DNA of 64,000 nt from Candidatus Versatilivorator sp. (GTDB lineage Bacteria > Acidobacteriota > Terriglobia > Versatilivoradales > Versatilivoraceae): the NCBI GenBank assembly GCA_965207735.1, contig OZ242296.1:2720001-2784000 (forward strand), given 5' to 3'. The position numbers and the translations under genes were made by a program. The notes beneath the pieces are model-generated. The model made no database searches. It had not been told where the DNA came from and was given only the letters and a program-made list of their open reading frames with translations. Positions 1-10,614 of this stretch are shown here, in pieces. Every line of letters starts with the position of its first letter. Positions within the stretch are counted from its first letter, which is position 1.

Positions 1-662
1 AAGCCGTTGAGCAATTCGAACCGCTGAACCACTGCCCTTCCTCCGGCGTCAAGACCCCGGACCCCTCCCAGACCGGATTCCGGCGCGGCGCCCAGCAGGA
101 GTCCGCTCGCCACTCCCGCCACCAGCCAGAGAAACCGGCCGGCGGCCGCAATCCCCCTGCGATCGCACCCGATCCGCCGGGCGATCGGGCTTCGGGACCA
201 CCCGCGAGAGTAACCTTGCAACGCCTGACCTCCTGACTTGCTGCATCAAGACCCGGTTGAAGCTGCCCGAAACAAACGCCGGAACACCCGGGGGGAGCAA
301 TGAGACCGCTTGAGCTGCCCCCGACCCCCCGGTCAACATGCTTGTTCCCAGTGTATCAGACCGATAGCCTGGCTGAAAGGCGTCACCCGGGGGCTCGGTT
401 GACGGGCCGGGATGCTTTCTGATATGAGTATTGGCCACTTCAAGCTTATGTCAGCTCACCCTCATTGCTGCTTGCCTGGTATCGTTCATCCTGCCGCAAG
501 TGCCGAATTCAAGCCCTTGGACCCCGGCAGGAACGGCTATAGGCTTGCGGCCCCGAAACCGGGATAGAGAGGTGAGGCTGCCGGCTGCGAGAAAACACTT
601 CCAGGGAAGCGGCTTTCCAGTTGCGACCGGCAGCCGCCGCTGACCTGCCAACCAAGGGAGAC

Positions 663-1370
663 ATGCCCAGAACTCAGCCAAAAGCCAAGGTGAGGACTTC
701 TTCGAAAACGCCGCCGCCCGGGCTCAAGCCGACTCCTGGTTCAAAGTCCGCCGGTTCCAGCGGGAGCGCCACCTCCAAGCAGGCCGTTTCCGCCAAAGCC
801 GGCAAACCCCAGACCTCACGCCGTTCCAGCTTAAAGAAAACACAGCCGCGGGCTCGATCGATTCACCCGGGCCGGCAAACGCTGATCAAACGGTACGAAG
901 CGGCAGTTCGTCTGCTCTATCGACAACAATTCGAGCGGGCAATAGAAGCTTTCGAAAAAGTAATCAACACCGACGGTCACGACAAGGAGATCTGCGAACG
1001 AGCTCTGACCCACATCAGGCTGTGCGAAAACAAGATGGCTCGCAGCCGTCCCGCCCCCAAGACCGCGGAAGAACTTTACGACTTCGCCATTACTCTGATA
1101 AACGAGGGCAGGTGCCAGGAGTCCATCAGGTACCTCAACCGGGCGCTGAAGCGAAACCCCGGGTGCGACTACGTGATCTACGCCCTCGCCGTATGCGACT
1201 GTCGGCTGGGAAACAGGGATCGTGCGCTGAGGCACCTCAAGCGGGCCATCGACCTGAAGGCGGAGAACCGCTTCCTGGCCCAACGAGATGCCGACTTCGA
1301 GCCGCTCATGAGGGACTCCCGGTTTGTCTCGCTGGTCTTCCCGGAGGAACCCGCCGCGGCAACTTCTTAG
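663..1370 (+). CDS. Tetratricopeptide-repeat protein with Lys/Ser/Pro-rich disordered N-terminus
   Basis: ATG at 663 after an AAGGGAG RBS. Helical TPR-like segments (YEAAVRLL...AIEAFEKVI; YLNRALKRNP...YALA...ALRHLKRAIDL) and C-terminal AQRDADFEPL cap. Confidence 0.8.
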   Translation: MPRTQPKAKVRTSSKTPPPGLKPTPGSKSAGSSGSATSKQAVSAKAGKPQTSRRSSLKKTQPRARSIHPGRQTLIKRYEAAVRLLYRQQFERAIEAFEKVINTDGHDKEICERALTHIRLCENKMARSRPAPKTAEELYDFAITLINEGRCQESIRYLNRALKRNPGCDYVIYALAVCDCRLGNRDRALRHLKRAIDLKAENRFLAQRDADFEPLMRDSRFVSLVFPEEPAAATS

Positions 1371-1400
1371 GCTGCTCGCACCCCCTGCTCTCCAAACTCC

Positions 1401-2453
1401 TTGAACAGCCAATCCTCCCCAGCCATCAGAATCGTCTCCATTGGAGGAGGAACCGGTCTCTCCCGCCTGCTTTCAGGGCTCAAGCATTTTGTCCAGAGCA
1501 GCGATTCCGGTCCGGCTCCCCCGACTCCGGTCATTGAACAACTGACCGCGGTGGTGGCCGTCACCGACGACGGCGGCTCCTCGGGGAGATTGAGGCAGGA
1601 GTTTCAGATACTGCCTCCGGGTGACATCCGCAAATGCATGTTGGCCCTGTCTGAAGACGAATTGCTCATGTCAAAGCTCTTTCATTACCGCTTCAGCGGA
1701 GCGGGAGACCTGAGGGGACACAGTTTTGGAAATCTCTTCCTCACCGCCTTGACAGGGGTCACGGGCGATTTCCTGGAAGCGATTCGGCTGTGCAGCGAAG
1801 TGCTGGCCATCAAGGGGCGCATCCTGCCATCCAGCATGCAAGACATTCGCCTCGCCGCCGAGATGGAGAACGGGGACAGGGTGTCGGGACAATCCTCGAT
1901 AGGCCGAGTGCCGGAACGCATCCGCAAGGTCGCCATCCTTCCCGAATCCCCTGCTCCCCTCCCCGTAACACTCCAGGCCATCCAAGAAGCCGACATCATC
2001 ACCCTGGGACCGGGCTCTCTCTTTACCAGTTTGCTGCCCAACCTGCTGGTGCGTGGGATTCCGGAGGCCATCGCCCGTTCTCAGGCTCTCAAGGTATTCA
2101 TCGGCAACATCATGACCCAGGGGGGAGAGACCCCCGGCTTTACCATGGCGGACCACCTCAAGGCCGTGTGCCGCCACCTGGGGAACTTCCCCTTCGACGT
2201 AGTTCTGTGCAACCACTCCCCTATTCCGGATCGGCAACAGGCCGAATACCGCCAGGAAAGCGCCGAACCGGTCCGTATCGATTTCGATGAACTGGCCCGT
2301 TATGGAGTCCGGGTCCTATCCAGGGACCTGTTGGGCCGGGACAAGAAGGTCAGACACGATCCCCACAAGCTCGCCCTGTCAATATTCGATGCCCGTATGG
2401 CTCTCAATCGCTCCCAACCTTCCCTTCGGCCGTCGGCCTGCGTTCTGACATGA
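1401..2453 (+). CDS. yvcK: YvcK/GlmR (CofD-related, UPF0052) gluconeogenesis/UDP-GlcNAc-binding factor
   Basis: Family motifs IGGGTGLS, VTDDGGSSGRLR, PPGDIR, GHSFGNL, LGPGSLFTS, RHDP. Confidence 0.93.
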   Translation: MNSQSSPAIRIVSIGGGTGLSRLLSGLKHFVQSSDSGPAPPTPVIEQLTAVVAVTDDGGSSGRLRQEFQILPPGDIRKCMLALSEDELLMSKLFHYRFSGAGDLRGHSFGNLFLTALTGVTGDFLEAIRLCSEVLAIKGRILPSSMQDIRLAAEMENGDRVSGQSSIGRVPERIRKVAILPESPAPLPVTLQAIQEADIITLGPGSLFTSLLPNLLVRGIPEAIARSQALKVFIGNIMTQGGETPGFTMADHLKAVCRHLGNFPFDVVLCNHSPIPDRQQAEYRQESAEPVRIDFDELARYGVRVLSRDLLGRDKKVRHDPHKLALSIFDARMALNRSQPSLRPSACVLT

Positions 2454-3229
2454 ATCCCACCCACGTCCTGATCATGGCGGCCGGGAAGGGCACCCGCCTC
2501 GAATCCTCCCTTCCGAAAGTGCTGCATCCGCTGGCGGGACGGCCACTGATCGAACATGTCCTGCAGACCGTCGAGACCTTGAACCCCGCACAAACTCTGG
2601 TAGTCGTGGGTCACCAGGCCGAGCTGGTCAAGTCAGCGCTCAGGCACCGCGCCGTTGAGTTCGCCGAGCAGGTTCCGCAGCTGGGGACCGGGCATGCCGT
2701 TCAAGTCGCCAGGGACTGGTGGTCAGGCAAATCCGGCAACCTCTTGATCTTATCGGGCGACGTGCCATTGATTTCTGCCGGGACGCTGCGGAAAATGGTA
2801 CAGGTGCACAATCGCACAAGCGCCAGTCTCACCCTGCTCTCGACCAGGCTGGCCGATCCCACCGGATACGGCCGGGTGATTCGGGCGGAGAACGGGAGAG
2901 TTCGGAGTATCGTGGAACAGAAGGAGGCCGGCCCTTGCGAGCTGCAGGTCAAGGAAGTTAACACCGGGCTTTATTGCTTCCGAATTACCGACTTGCTTGA
3001 AGTCATCGAGCGGCTGACCCCCGACAATCGCCAGAACGAGTACTACCTTACCGATTGCGTGGGCCTCTTGAGCCTCCGGGGGAAACCGGTGGAAGCCGTG
3101 GTCTGCGAGGATCGGCTGGAGGTCATGGGAGTCAACAGCCGGATCGATCTGGCTCGCATGGAGAAGCTCCTGAGGGAACGCCGCTCAACAAATCAGCTGA
3201 ATCCGGGACCCGCCGCAATCGATCCTTGA
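2450..3229 (+). CDS. glmU: GlmU uridyltransferase domain only (no C-terminal acetyltransferase beta-helix)
   Basis: AAGKGTR...LPKVLH, QLGTGHAV, GDVPLI, GYGRVIR, EVNTGLY, EYYLTD, GVNSR. Stops at 259 aa; sits directly upstream of glmS. Confidence 0.85.
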   Translation: MNPTHVLIMAAGKGTRLESSLPKVLHPLAGRPLIEHVLQTVETLNPAQTLVVVGHQAELVKSALRHRAVEFAEQVPQLGTGHAVQVARDWWSGKSGNLLILSGDVPLISAGTLRKMVQVHNRTSASLTLLSTRLADPTGYGRVIRAENGRVRSIVEQKEAGPCELQVKEVNTGLYCFRITDLLEVIERLTPDNRQNEYYLTDCVGLLSLRGKPVEAVVCEDRLEVMGVNSRIDLARMEKLLRERRSTNQLNPGPAAIDP

Positions 3230-3241
3230 GGGAAGCGCACT

Positions 3242-5092
3242 ATGTGCGGAATCATCGGCTATGTCGGAAGCATGCCGGCCGTTCCCGTGTTGCTGGACGG
3301 GCTGAAACGCCTTGAGTATCGAGGGTACGATTCGGCCGGAATTGCGGTCATGGGAGACCGTCACCTGCATATTCGCAGGGCTTCGGGCAAGGTAGGAAAG
3401 CTCGAGGAGGCGGTCAGGGACAACCCCTGCGAAGGTACGGTCGGCATCGGACACACCCGCTGGGCAACCCACGGCAGGCCCACCGAAGAAAACGCCCACC
3501 CCCATCGCGACTGCCGGCGGGAGTTCGTGGTGGTCCACAACGGGATCATCGAGAACTACCTGCCCCTCAAGAAAACCCTGGCCGCCGAGGGACATCGATT
3601 CGTCACCGAGACAGACACCGAGGTCATCGCCCACCTGGTCGAAAAACACTATGGGGGCTGCCTGGAGGAAGCGGTCCGCAAGACCGTCGGGGAAATGACC
3701 GGCCTCTACGCTCTGGTGGTGCTGTCCCTGCACGATCCCGGCACGCTGGTCGCCGCCCGCCAGGGTCCGCCGGTTGTCGTCGGCGTCGGCGATGGGGAGT
3801 CCTTTGTAGCCTCGGACATCCCGGCAATCCTGAGGCATACGCGGGACATCGTCTTTCTGGGCGACGGCGATCTGGCCGCCATCAGCCCTACTGAACTCAA
3901 GGTCAGCGATTCTCGCGGCCTATCGGTGAAACCCAGGGTGCAGCGCATCACCTGGGACCCCGTCATGACCGAAAAGGGTGGATTCAAGCATTTCATGCTG
4001 AAGGAAATTCACGAACAGCCCCAAGCCGTACGGGATGCCACCCTGGGGCGTATCTCGCGAGACACCGGGAAGATCATCCTCGACGAAATGAAATTGACCG
4101 AGGAGGATTTCAGGCGGGTGGAGCAGATTCGCCTGATCGGTTGCGGAACCAGTTGGCACGCCGCCCTGGCCGGCAAGTACATGATCGAGGGCCTGGCCCG
4201 GGTGCCGGTTGAAGTGGAGTACGCCTCCGAGTACCGCTACCGGGAACCCATCCTGCCCCCCCACACCCTGGGTGTCCTGATCACCCAGTCGGGAGAAACG
4301 GCGGACACCTTGGCGGCCCAACGGGAAATCAGAAGACTGGGAGCCGCCAACATCGCCATCTGCAACGGCGTGGGAAGCATGATCACCCGTGAGGCCGACG
4401 GCGTTCTCTACACCCATGCCGGGCCGGAGATCGGCGTGGCCGCGACCAAGACCTTCACCACCCAGTTGACATCCCTCTTCCTGCTTGCGCTGTTTCTGGC
4501 CGGTGTGAGGAAAACCGTCACGCCGGTGCAGGCGCAGGCCCTGATCGAAGAGCTGGCCAGGGTGCCTCACATGATGGAGTCCTGCATCGGACAGGCAGCC
4601 CGTCTGGAGGCCCTTGCCAGGCGCCTGTTTCGGAGCGTGCACGTCCTCTTCCTGGGACGCGGCATCCACTTTCCCATCGCCCTGGAAGGCGCGCTCAAGC
4701 TGAAAGAGGTCTCCTACATCCATGCCTCGGGTTACCCGGCAGGGGAAATGAAACATGGCCCCAACGCACTGATCGACGAAGACCTGCCGGTAGTCGTGAT
4801 CGCCACCAGCGAAGCCGGCAACCCCCGGTCCGCCCTCCTCTACGAAAAGACCCTCAGCAACATCAAGGAAGTCAAGGCCAGAGACGGACAGGTCATCTCA
4901 TTGGTGACTCCTGCCGGCACCGAGGCCATCGATGCTTCCGACTTTCATATTGAAGTCCCGCCCAGCACGGACCTCCTGCTTCCCCTTCTGGAGGCCGTTC
5001 CACTCCAGCTTCTGGCCTATTTCATTGCGGTCCGCCGCGGCTGCGACGTGGATCAGCCGCGCAACCTGGCCAAGAGCGTTACCGTGGAATAG
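3242..5092 (+). CDS. glmS: Glutamine--fructose-6-phosphate aminotransferase
   Basis: N-terminal MCGIIG, LEYRGYDSAG, GHTRWATHG, QSGETADT, KLKE, C-terminal PRNLAKSVTVE. Confidence 0.98.
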   Translation: MCGIIGYVGSMPAVPVLLDGLKRLEYRGYDSAGIAVMGDRHLHIRRASGKVGKLEEAVRDNPCEGTVGIGHTRWATHGRPTEENAHPHRDCRREFVVVHNGIIENYLPLKKTLAAEGHRFVTETDTEVIAHLVEKHYGGCLEEAVRKTVGEMTGLYALVVLSLHDPGTLVAARQGPPVVVGVGDGESFVASDIPAILRHTRDIVFLGDGDLAAISPTELKVSDSRGLSVKPRVQRITWDPVMTEKGGFKHFMLKEIHEQPQAVRDATLGRISRDTGKIILDEMKLTEEDFRRVEQIRLIGCGTSWHAALAGKYMIEGLARVPVEVEYASEYRYREPILPPHTLGVLITQSGETADTLAAQREIRRLGAANIAICNGVGSMITREADGVLYTHAGPEIGVAATKTFTTQLTSLFLLALFLAGVRKTVTPVQAQALIEELARVPHMMESCIGQAARLEALARRLFRSVHVLFLGRGIHFPIALEGALKLKEVSYIHASGYPAGEMKHGPNALIDEDLPVVVIATSEAGNPRSALLYEKTLSNIKEVKARDGQVISLVTPAGTEAIDASDFHIEVPPSTDLLLPLLEAVPLQLLAYFIAVRRGCDVDQPRNLAKSVTVE

Positions 5093-5139
5093 CCCGGCGG
5101 CCTGCCGAGGATTCGGCTTCGGGCAACAGGGCAATACGG

Positions 5140-5167
5140 TTGTCACCCCACGGGATGGCGCTATAAT
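5140..5167 (+). promoter_or_regulatory. Putative sigma70 promoter for the AAA+/VWA pair
   Basis: TTGTCA-N16-TATAAT, about 70 nt upstream of ATG 5237. Confidence 0.5.
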
Positions 5168-5236
5168 CAATACCATTGATCGTAAGACCCACTCCCGGGA
5201 CGGCATGGACGAAGCCTTTCCGGCAGGACAATTCCC

Positions 5237-6724
5237 ATGAGTCGACCCAGGACGCTAGGCGAGTTGAAAGGAACCGGATGGGCGGCTCCCGGGATGCGGC
5301 GACGTACGGTCAAGGAGGAAATGCGGGCCAATGTCATCGGCCAACTGCAGGCGGGAACCCGTCTGTTTCCAGGGATAATGGGGTATGACGACTCGGTGGT
5401 TCCCCAGGTGGTCAACGCCATTCTGTCCCGCCACAACCTGATTCTTCTGGGGTTGCGCGGGCAGGCCAAGTCCAGGATTCTGCGGGGACTCACCCAGTTT
5501 CTGGACGAAGAAATTCCGGTCATGGCCGGCTGCGAGATCAATGACAATCCCTTCAGCCCCCACTGCCGTGCCTGCCGCACCCTAGCGGAAGAGATGGGAG
5601 ACGAGGCGCCCGTCTCCTTTTTGCCCAGGGAAGCCCGCTACGTGGAGAAGCTGGCCACGCCCGACGTGACCATTGCCGACATGATCGGGGATGTCGATCC
5701 CATCCGCGCCGCTCGCAGTGGGCTTAACCTCGCCGACGAGTTGACCATCCACTACGGCCTGCTTCCACGAGCCAACCGGGGCCTGTTTGCCATCAACGAG
5801 CTTCCCGACCTGGCCGGGAAAATCCAGGTTGGCCTTTTCAACATTCTGCAGGAGGGGGATGTCCAGATCAAAGGCTACCCCGTGCGTTTCGAGCTGGACG
5901 TGGCGATGGTCTTTACGGCCAATCCCGAGGATTACACCGCACGCGGAAAAATCATTACTCCATTGAAGGATCGCATTGGCGCCGAAGTGAGAACCCACTA
6001 TCCGGTCGCTCTCAAGGAAGGCATCCGGATCACCGAGCAGGAAGCCTGGCTGGAACGCCCCGGGAGCGGAAACCGATTGCGAGTTCCCCGCTTCATCCGG
6101 GAAGTGGTCGAGACCATCGCCTTTCTGGCCCGCCGAGACAAGAAGGTGGACAAACGCTCGGGAGTGAGTCAGCGGCTGCCCATCACCGTCATGGAGAACG
6201 TGGTTTCCAACGCCGAGCGCCGCTGCATCGCCAGCGGAGAAAAGAAGATCGTCCCTCGCGTCAGCGACGTTTACGCTTCCCTGCCTTCCATGACCGGCAA
6301 GCTGGAACTGGAGTACGAAGGGGAGTTGCAGGGCGCCGAGAAGGTGGCCCAGGACCTGGTAAGCGGCGCCGTGGGAAAGGTTTTTTCTCGATACTACGAT
6401 GCGGCGGACCTGCAGCAAATCGTGGACTGGTTCGATCTGGGGGGAGCCCTGAAGCTTTCAGACACCGACTCGACGAGCGAAGCCTTCGGTCAACTCAACC
6501 AGATTCAGGGACTGGTGGAAAAGACATCCTCTCTGGAACCGCGCCGGAAAGGACGGAAAGACGTTGCATTCCTGGTTTCCGGCTGCGAGTTCGTCCTGGA
6601 CGGGCTTCATGCCCTGCGCAAAATCGATCGCAGCGAGCAGAAGGGTTACTTCGCTTCGGAAAAAAAGAGGCCGCAGGCCTTCATCGACGACCAGCCCGCT
6701 CGCCGGCGGCGATCCTTCAACTAG
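5237..6724 (+). CDS. AAA+ ATPase, Mg-chelatase/MoxR-like
   Basis: Walker A variant GLRGQAKS, Walker B FAINELPD, TANPEDYT, LKDR. Directly followed by a VWA gene. Confidence 0.88.
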   Translation: MSRPRTLGELKGTGWAAPGMRRRTVKEEMRANVIGQLQAGTRLFPGIMGYDDSVVPQVVNAILSRHNLILLGLRGQAKSRILRGLTQFLDEEIPVMAGCEINDNPFSPHCRACRTLAEEMGDEAPVSFLPREARYVEKLATPDVTIADMIGDVDPIRAARSGLNLADELTIHYGLLPRANRGLFAINELPDLAGKIQVGLFNILQEGDVQIKGYPVRFELDVAMVFTANPEDYTARGKIITPLKDRIGAEVRTHYPVALKEGIRITEQEAWLERPGSGNRLRVPRFIREVVETIAFLARRDKKVDKRSGVSQRLPITVMENVVSNAERRCIASGEKKIVPRVSDVYASLPSMTGKLELEYEGELQGAEKVAQDLVSGAVGKVFSRYYDAADLQQIVDWFDLGGALKLSDTDSTSEAFGQLNQIQGLVEKTSSLEPRRKGRKDVAFLVSGCEFVLDGLHALRKIDRSEQKGYFASEKKRPQAFIDDQPARRRRSFN

Positions 6725-6726
6725 CC

Positions 6727-7983
6727 GTGAAGAACGTCAAATACTCCAAGTATACGGGGCTGGATTGGGACTCCCTGAGTCTGGAGGAGCTGCTCAACCA
6801 CCTCTCCGACTTCCTGCTGCAAAGTGGCTACTACCAGAACCCCAACGGCCCGCACCCCTTCGATCGGGACCACGACCTGCAGAACCTTCACGACGCCATC
6901 CTGGAAGCCCTGCTCAACCAGGACATGCTGTCCGACGAGTTGCTAGAAAAGCTGATGGAAGGATCCGGCGAGGACCTGGAAGAAAAGCTGTCCGAGTTGG
7001 TTCAGAAACTGATCGAACGCCTGGAGGAAGAGGGATACCTCTCCTATTCCGAGAACCAGCCGGCCGAGGGCGGTGTTCCAAATCCCGGACCGGGCCACGA
7101 GAGCGGCCAAGCCGGCCAGGTTCGCTTCGAGATGACCAACAAGAGCCTCGACTTTCTGGGGTACAGGACTCTGAAGGACCTGCTGGGCTCCCTGGGGCGA
7201 AGCCAGTTCGGGCGGCACGACACCCGGGAGATGTCTACCGGAATCGAAGCCAGCGGAGCCTCCCGGCACTATGAATTCGGAGACACCCTGAACCTGGACG
7301 TCAGCGGCACGCTGCTGCAGGCCGTCCGGCGCGAGGGACTGGGAACACCCCTGAAGCTGGACTACCCCGACCTGCTGATCCATCAATCGGAGTACCAGAG
7401 TTCATGCGCCACCGTCCTGATGCTGGACTGCAGCCACAGCATGATTCTCTACGGGGAAGACCGCTTCACCCCGGCCAAGCGCGTGGCCATGGCCCTGGCC
7501 CATCTGATTCGGACCCAGTACCCCGGGGACTCCCTCAACCTGGTCCTGTTCCACGACTCGGCGGAGGAGCTTCCCCTGAGCCAACTGGCCCGGGTCCAGG
7601 TGGGCCCCTACTACACCAACACCTGCGAAGGGCTGCGCCTGGCCCAACGCATCCTGGCCCGACAGAGGAAGGACATGAAGCAGATCGTCATGATCACCGA
7701 CGGCAAGCCTTCGGCCCTCACCCGGGAAGACGGCCGGATCTACAAGAATTCCTTCGGCCTGGACCCGGTGGTGGTCCATGAGACCATGCGAGAGGTCGCC
7801 GCTTGCCGCAGGTCGGGCATCATGATCAACACCTTCATGCTGGCCAGGGATTACGAACTGGTCAGCTTCGTCAAGAAGGTCACCGAGATCTGCCGGGGCA
7901 AAGCCTACTTCACCACTCCCTACACCCTGGGCCAATACCTGCTGCTGGACTACATGCAGAACAAGGTCAAGACCATCCACTGA
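6727..7983 (+). CDS. von Willebrand factor A (VWA) domain protein, partner of the AAA+ ATPase
   Basis: MIDAS DCSHS, YTNT, ITDGKP. GTG start 2 nt after the ATPase stop. Confidence 0.88.
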   Translation: MKNVKYSKYTGLDWDSLSLEELLNHLSDFLLQSGYYQNPNGPHPFDRDHDLQNLHDAILEALLNQDMLSDELLEKLMEGSGEDLEEKLSELVQKLIERLEEEGYLSYSENQPAEGGVPNPGPGHESGQAGQVRFEMTNKSLDFLGYRTLKDLLGSLGRSQFGRHDTREMSTGIEASGASRHYEFGDTLNLDVSGTLLQAVRREGLGTPLKLDYPDLLIHQSEYQSSCATVLMLDCSHSMILYGEDRFTPAKRVAMALAHLIRTQYPGDSLNLVLFHDSAEELPLSQLARVQVGPYYTNTCEGLRLAQRILARQRKDMKQIVMITDGKPSALTREDGRIYKNSFGLDPVVVHETMREVAACRRSGIMINTFMLARDYELVSFVKKVTEICRGKAYFTTPYTLGQYLLLDYMQNKVKTIH

Positions 7984-8094
7984 CCACCAGCCATCGGTCT
8001 TCCGGAAGCGTTCCCCCCCCACCGCGCTCCTGGATTCAACTGGATTTCGCCGAAACGAACATGCTATAAGGTCGGTCCCACGTCCCACCCCCTC

Positions 8095-8186
<92 letters not shown>

Positions 8187-8336
8187 TTTTATAAATAAGT
8201 CATTAAGTAGCAATAATTTACATTCTATTCAGTCGCACCTGATTCCCCATATAGTCCCCCAACCGTTGCCGCGTTTATACTCGGAAGTATCCGTAGATCT
8301 TTTTCTCGTCCCAGTAATTCAAGGCACTTTGGGTGA

Positions 8337-9155
8337 ATGTCAGTGAATGTCAAAAAGTTCGCAGCCATGAGTTTCGTGCTGGGTATCGCGCTGGGTATCG
8401 TGCTCTCGATTCTGGCCCTCAATCTGTTCATCACGGCGGGTGATTTCGCTTGGCTGCAACACCTCCTTATGTTTGAAGCTACTAAGGAGTGCGTCGACCA
8501 GGAGAACAATAACAAGATCGTTGAGGCCATCAGGCAGAAAGGGGCGCCAGGAGTGCGCCTTCTCCTAGAGCAGGGCGAGGACGCCCAACAAGAGATCAAC
8601 TGCTTCGGCGACACGCCCCTATACGCCGCCATCTTTCAGATTCAGTGGGGTAACCCCCGGCCCGACAGATTTGAGATGCTGGAGCTCCTCATCCAGCATG
8701 GAGCCGACGTCAACCACGTCAACAAGAACGCCACAACCCCGCTGCACCGAGCAACGTCGATGACCAACAGGGATGAGGATGCCGTCCGGGTTGTCGAGAT
8801 ACTGCTCGATGCCGGCGCGGATCCACTCCTCCGGCCTCAGTCCGAGGGGTTCTTGGGAGGCTTTGCGATGTGGAGTCCCTACAACCAGGCTTTGACCCGT
8901 GGGGAGTTTGGGCTTGCCGCCCTCATGAGAGCCAGGCCGGAACACGCGGAGCCTCTCAACGTGAAAGATCTCATAGTGAGGGGAGAAGAGTCGCTGGTGG
9001 AGGAGCTAACAAGGGCCGACCACCCTAGAGAGGCCAGACGCCTTGCCGAGAAGATTCGTCGCAGGATGGACGCGGGAGAGTGGGTCACCGGAAAGGACGT
9101 GTTGCAATACCTGGAACAGATAGAGGGGAGGGCGCCCGATGCAGCAAACCAATGA
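8337..9155 (+). CDS. Ankyrin-repeat protein with N-terminal membrane anchor/signal
   Basis: Hydrophobic N-terminus, then GDTPLYAA...LLIQHGADVN, TTPLHRA...ILLDAGADP. Confidence 0.85.
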   Translation: MSVNVKKFAAMSFVLGIALGIVLSILALNLFITAGDFAWLQHLLMFEATKECVDQENNNKIVEAIRQKGAPGVRLLLEQGEDAQQEINCFGDTPLYAAIFQIQWGNPRPDRFEMLELLIQHGADVNHVNKNATTPLHRATSMTNRDEDAVRVVEILLDAGADPLLRPQSEGFLGGFAMWSPYNQALTRGEFGLAALMRARPEHAEPLNVKDLIVRGEESLVEELTRADHPREARRLAEKIRRRMDAGEWVTGKDVLQYLEQIEGRAPDAANQ

Positions 9156-9201
9156 GAACTTGGAGCAAGCACTCAAGGGGAAAAATAGGGGACGTTGGAA
9201 A

Positions 9202-9467
9202 AATAGGGGACGTTGTTGAATTACTGGAATAACTTTCCCAACTTCTTATTCCTGACTGACCCATAGGGCAAAGCAGATGCCTTCCGGAGCGCTTCGGCAC
9301 ACTCGCAGGTACAGACACCGCGATTCGCACTCATAACGCGTCCGTATCGGTGCACCAATCGGTTCCCCCACCGGTATCCTGGACTCTTCTTCCGTTTTTT
9401 CCTCTCTGCAGGCGTCGATAGAATCGCCAGACTGAGTAATTCCACTAATTCAACAACGTCCCCTATT
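9202..9467. repeat. ~265-bp MITE-like element, copy 1, with terminal inverted repeats
   Basis: AATAGGGGACGTTGTTGAATTA (9202-9223) and its exact reverse complement (9446-9467). Closely similar to 10615-10876. Confidence 0.85.
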
Positions 9468-9820
9468 GACTCCCTCTCATCATGTTCACGGCACCGTCGA
9501 TGGCGTCGTATTTGACCTCGATGTTTTCTCGCAGCTCGATAGCAGTCTTGACCTGTCTCCTAGAGTGGTACTACCCTCTCTCAATTGAGCCGCGATCCTG
9601 TGGTCCTCTACTCGGAACTCGGTTACGCTCCATGGATTTGCGGCGTTATCCTGTGTGCCCCAGACAAGACCGGCCATCTGAACGAAGATCAACCCTTGAC
9701 GATCTATGTACCCTGTCCTGACTGGCGGTAATTTCAGCCGTTATTCCCTGCGTCAAACGTATCTACGACATTCTCCGATTTTCGAACCGTCATGGTTCAC
9801 TGAAGAGGAGTCGAAACACT

Positions 9821-10540
9821 TTGGAAACTCACGATTGTAGCCCAGGGACGCTGATTGGCTTGCTGGCGGTCGTCAGCCTGTGTATTGGGGTGGGCGACGC
9901 CGACGCACAGTCTTCCTTCTTCTTGCGCCTGGCTCCCGAGGTGGGCCGGACTACGGTCGAACACACCAAGAAAGTGACCATCCAGGGAGGATCGAGTTCG
10001 AGCACATCGTCCTCATCGGGCCTCGCGCTGGCCGGAACCCTGTCAGGCGGGCTGAGGCTGAAGCTGCCGGGAAACTGGCACGTGGGCGGCGAGATCGAGG
10101 GCGTCGTCTCTAGCCGACGCAAGCTAAAAGGCACGATTCTCCCGACCCCGAACGGGAACGTTCACGACGTCTGGCCCGGCCAGTGGGACTTCAGCGACCT
10201 GTCCGGGGTGGGTGGCAACATCCTCCTTGGGCGCAGGCTCGGAGACAGCCGCTCACGGGTCTATGTCTTCAGCGGGATACGTAGAATGTGGACCGAGTTC
10301 GCTTCCGGAGCGACGAACCCTGCCTCTGGAGTAGCTGGCGAGGACCGCGAGCGCCTTGGAAGAGGGCCGTGGACAATCGGCGCGGGAACGACGTTGGGCC
10401 TGAAGTGGCCGGTGGACTTCCGAGTCCGCTACTCCCACTCGCTCACCGACTGGGCAATCGTCGAGGAGAGCGTGCGGCTCAACTACAGATACACGGCCAG
10501 CGGCGTGTTCATCTCCGTAGGATTTTACATCTTCGACTGA
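9821..10540 (+). CDS. Putative small outer-membrane beta-barrel protein
   Basis: Signal-peptide-like N-terminus ending DADAQ, amphipathic beta-strands, aromatic C-terminus (SVGFYIFD). GAGGAG RBS before TTG. Confidence 0.6.
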   Translation: METHDCSPGTLIGLLAVVSLCIGVGDADAQSSFFLRLAPEVGRTTVEHTKKVTIQGGSSSSTSSSSGLALAGTLSGGLRLKLPGNWHVGGEIEGVVSSRRKLKGTILPTPNGNVHDVWPGQWDFSDLSGVGGNILLGRRLGDSRSRVYVFSGIRRMWTEFASGATNPASGVAGEDRERLGRGPWTIGAGTTLGLKWPVDFRVRYSHSLTDWAIVEESVRLNYRYTASGVFISVGFYIFD

Positions 10541-10614
10541 CTGCCGTGCGCCGATGCCGCCCTCGGCACCCAGTCAATCTGGCCGTTGTCACCCCTCCTG
10601 CCGGGAGGGAAAAA

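Noticed and set aside
49-681. Short ORFs 49-438, 431-643, 451-681
   Set aside because: Low-complexity Pro/Gly/Arg composition, no motifs, no clear RBS; treated as intergenic.
3229-3242. glmS ribozyme
   Set aside because: Only 12 nt separate glmU and glmS; there is no room.
9470-9720. Possible gene between element copy 1 and the beta-barrel gene
   Set aside because: Only a ~30-codon coding-like fragment on the minus strand (VKTAIELRENIEVKYDAIDGAVNMM) with an upstream in-frame stop; cannot be assigned.
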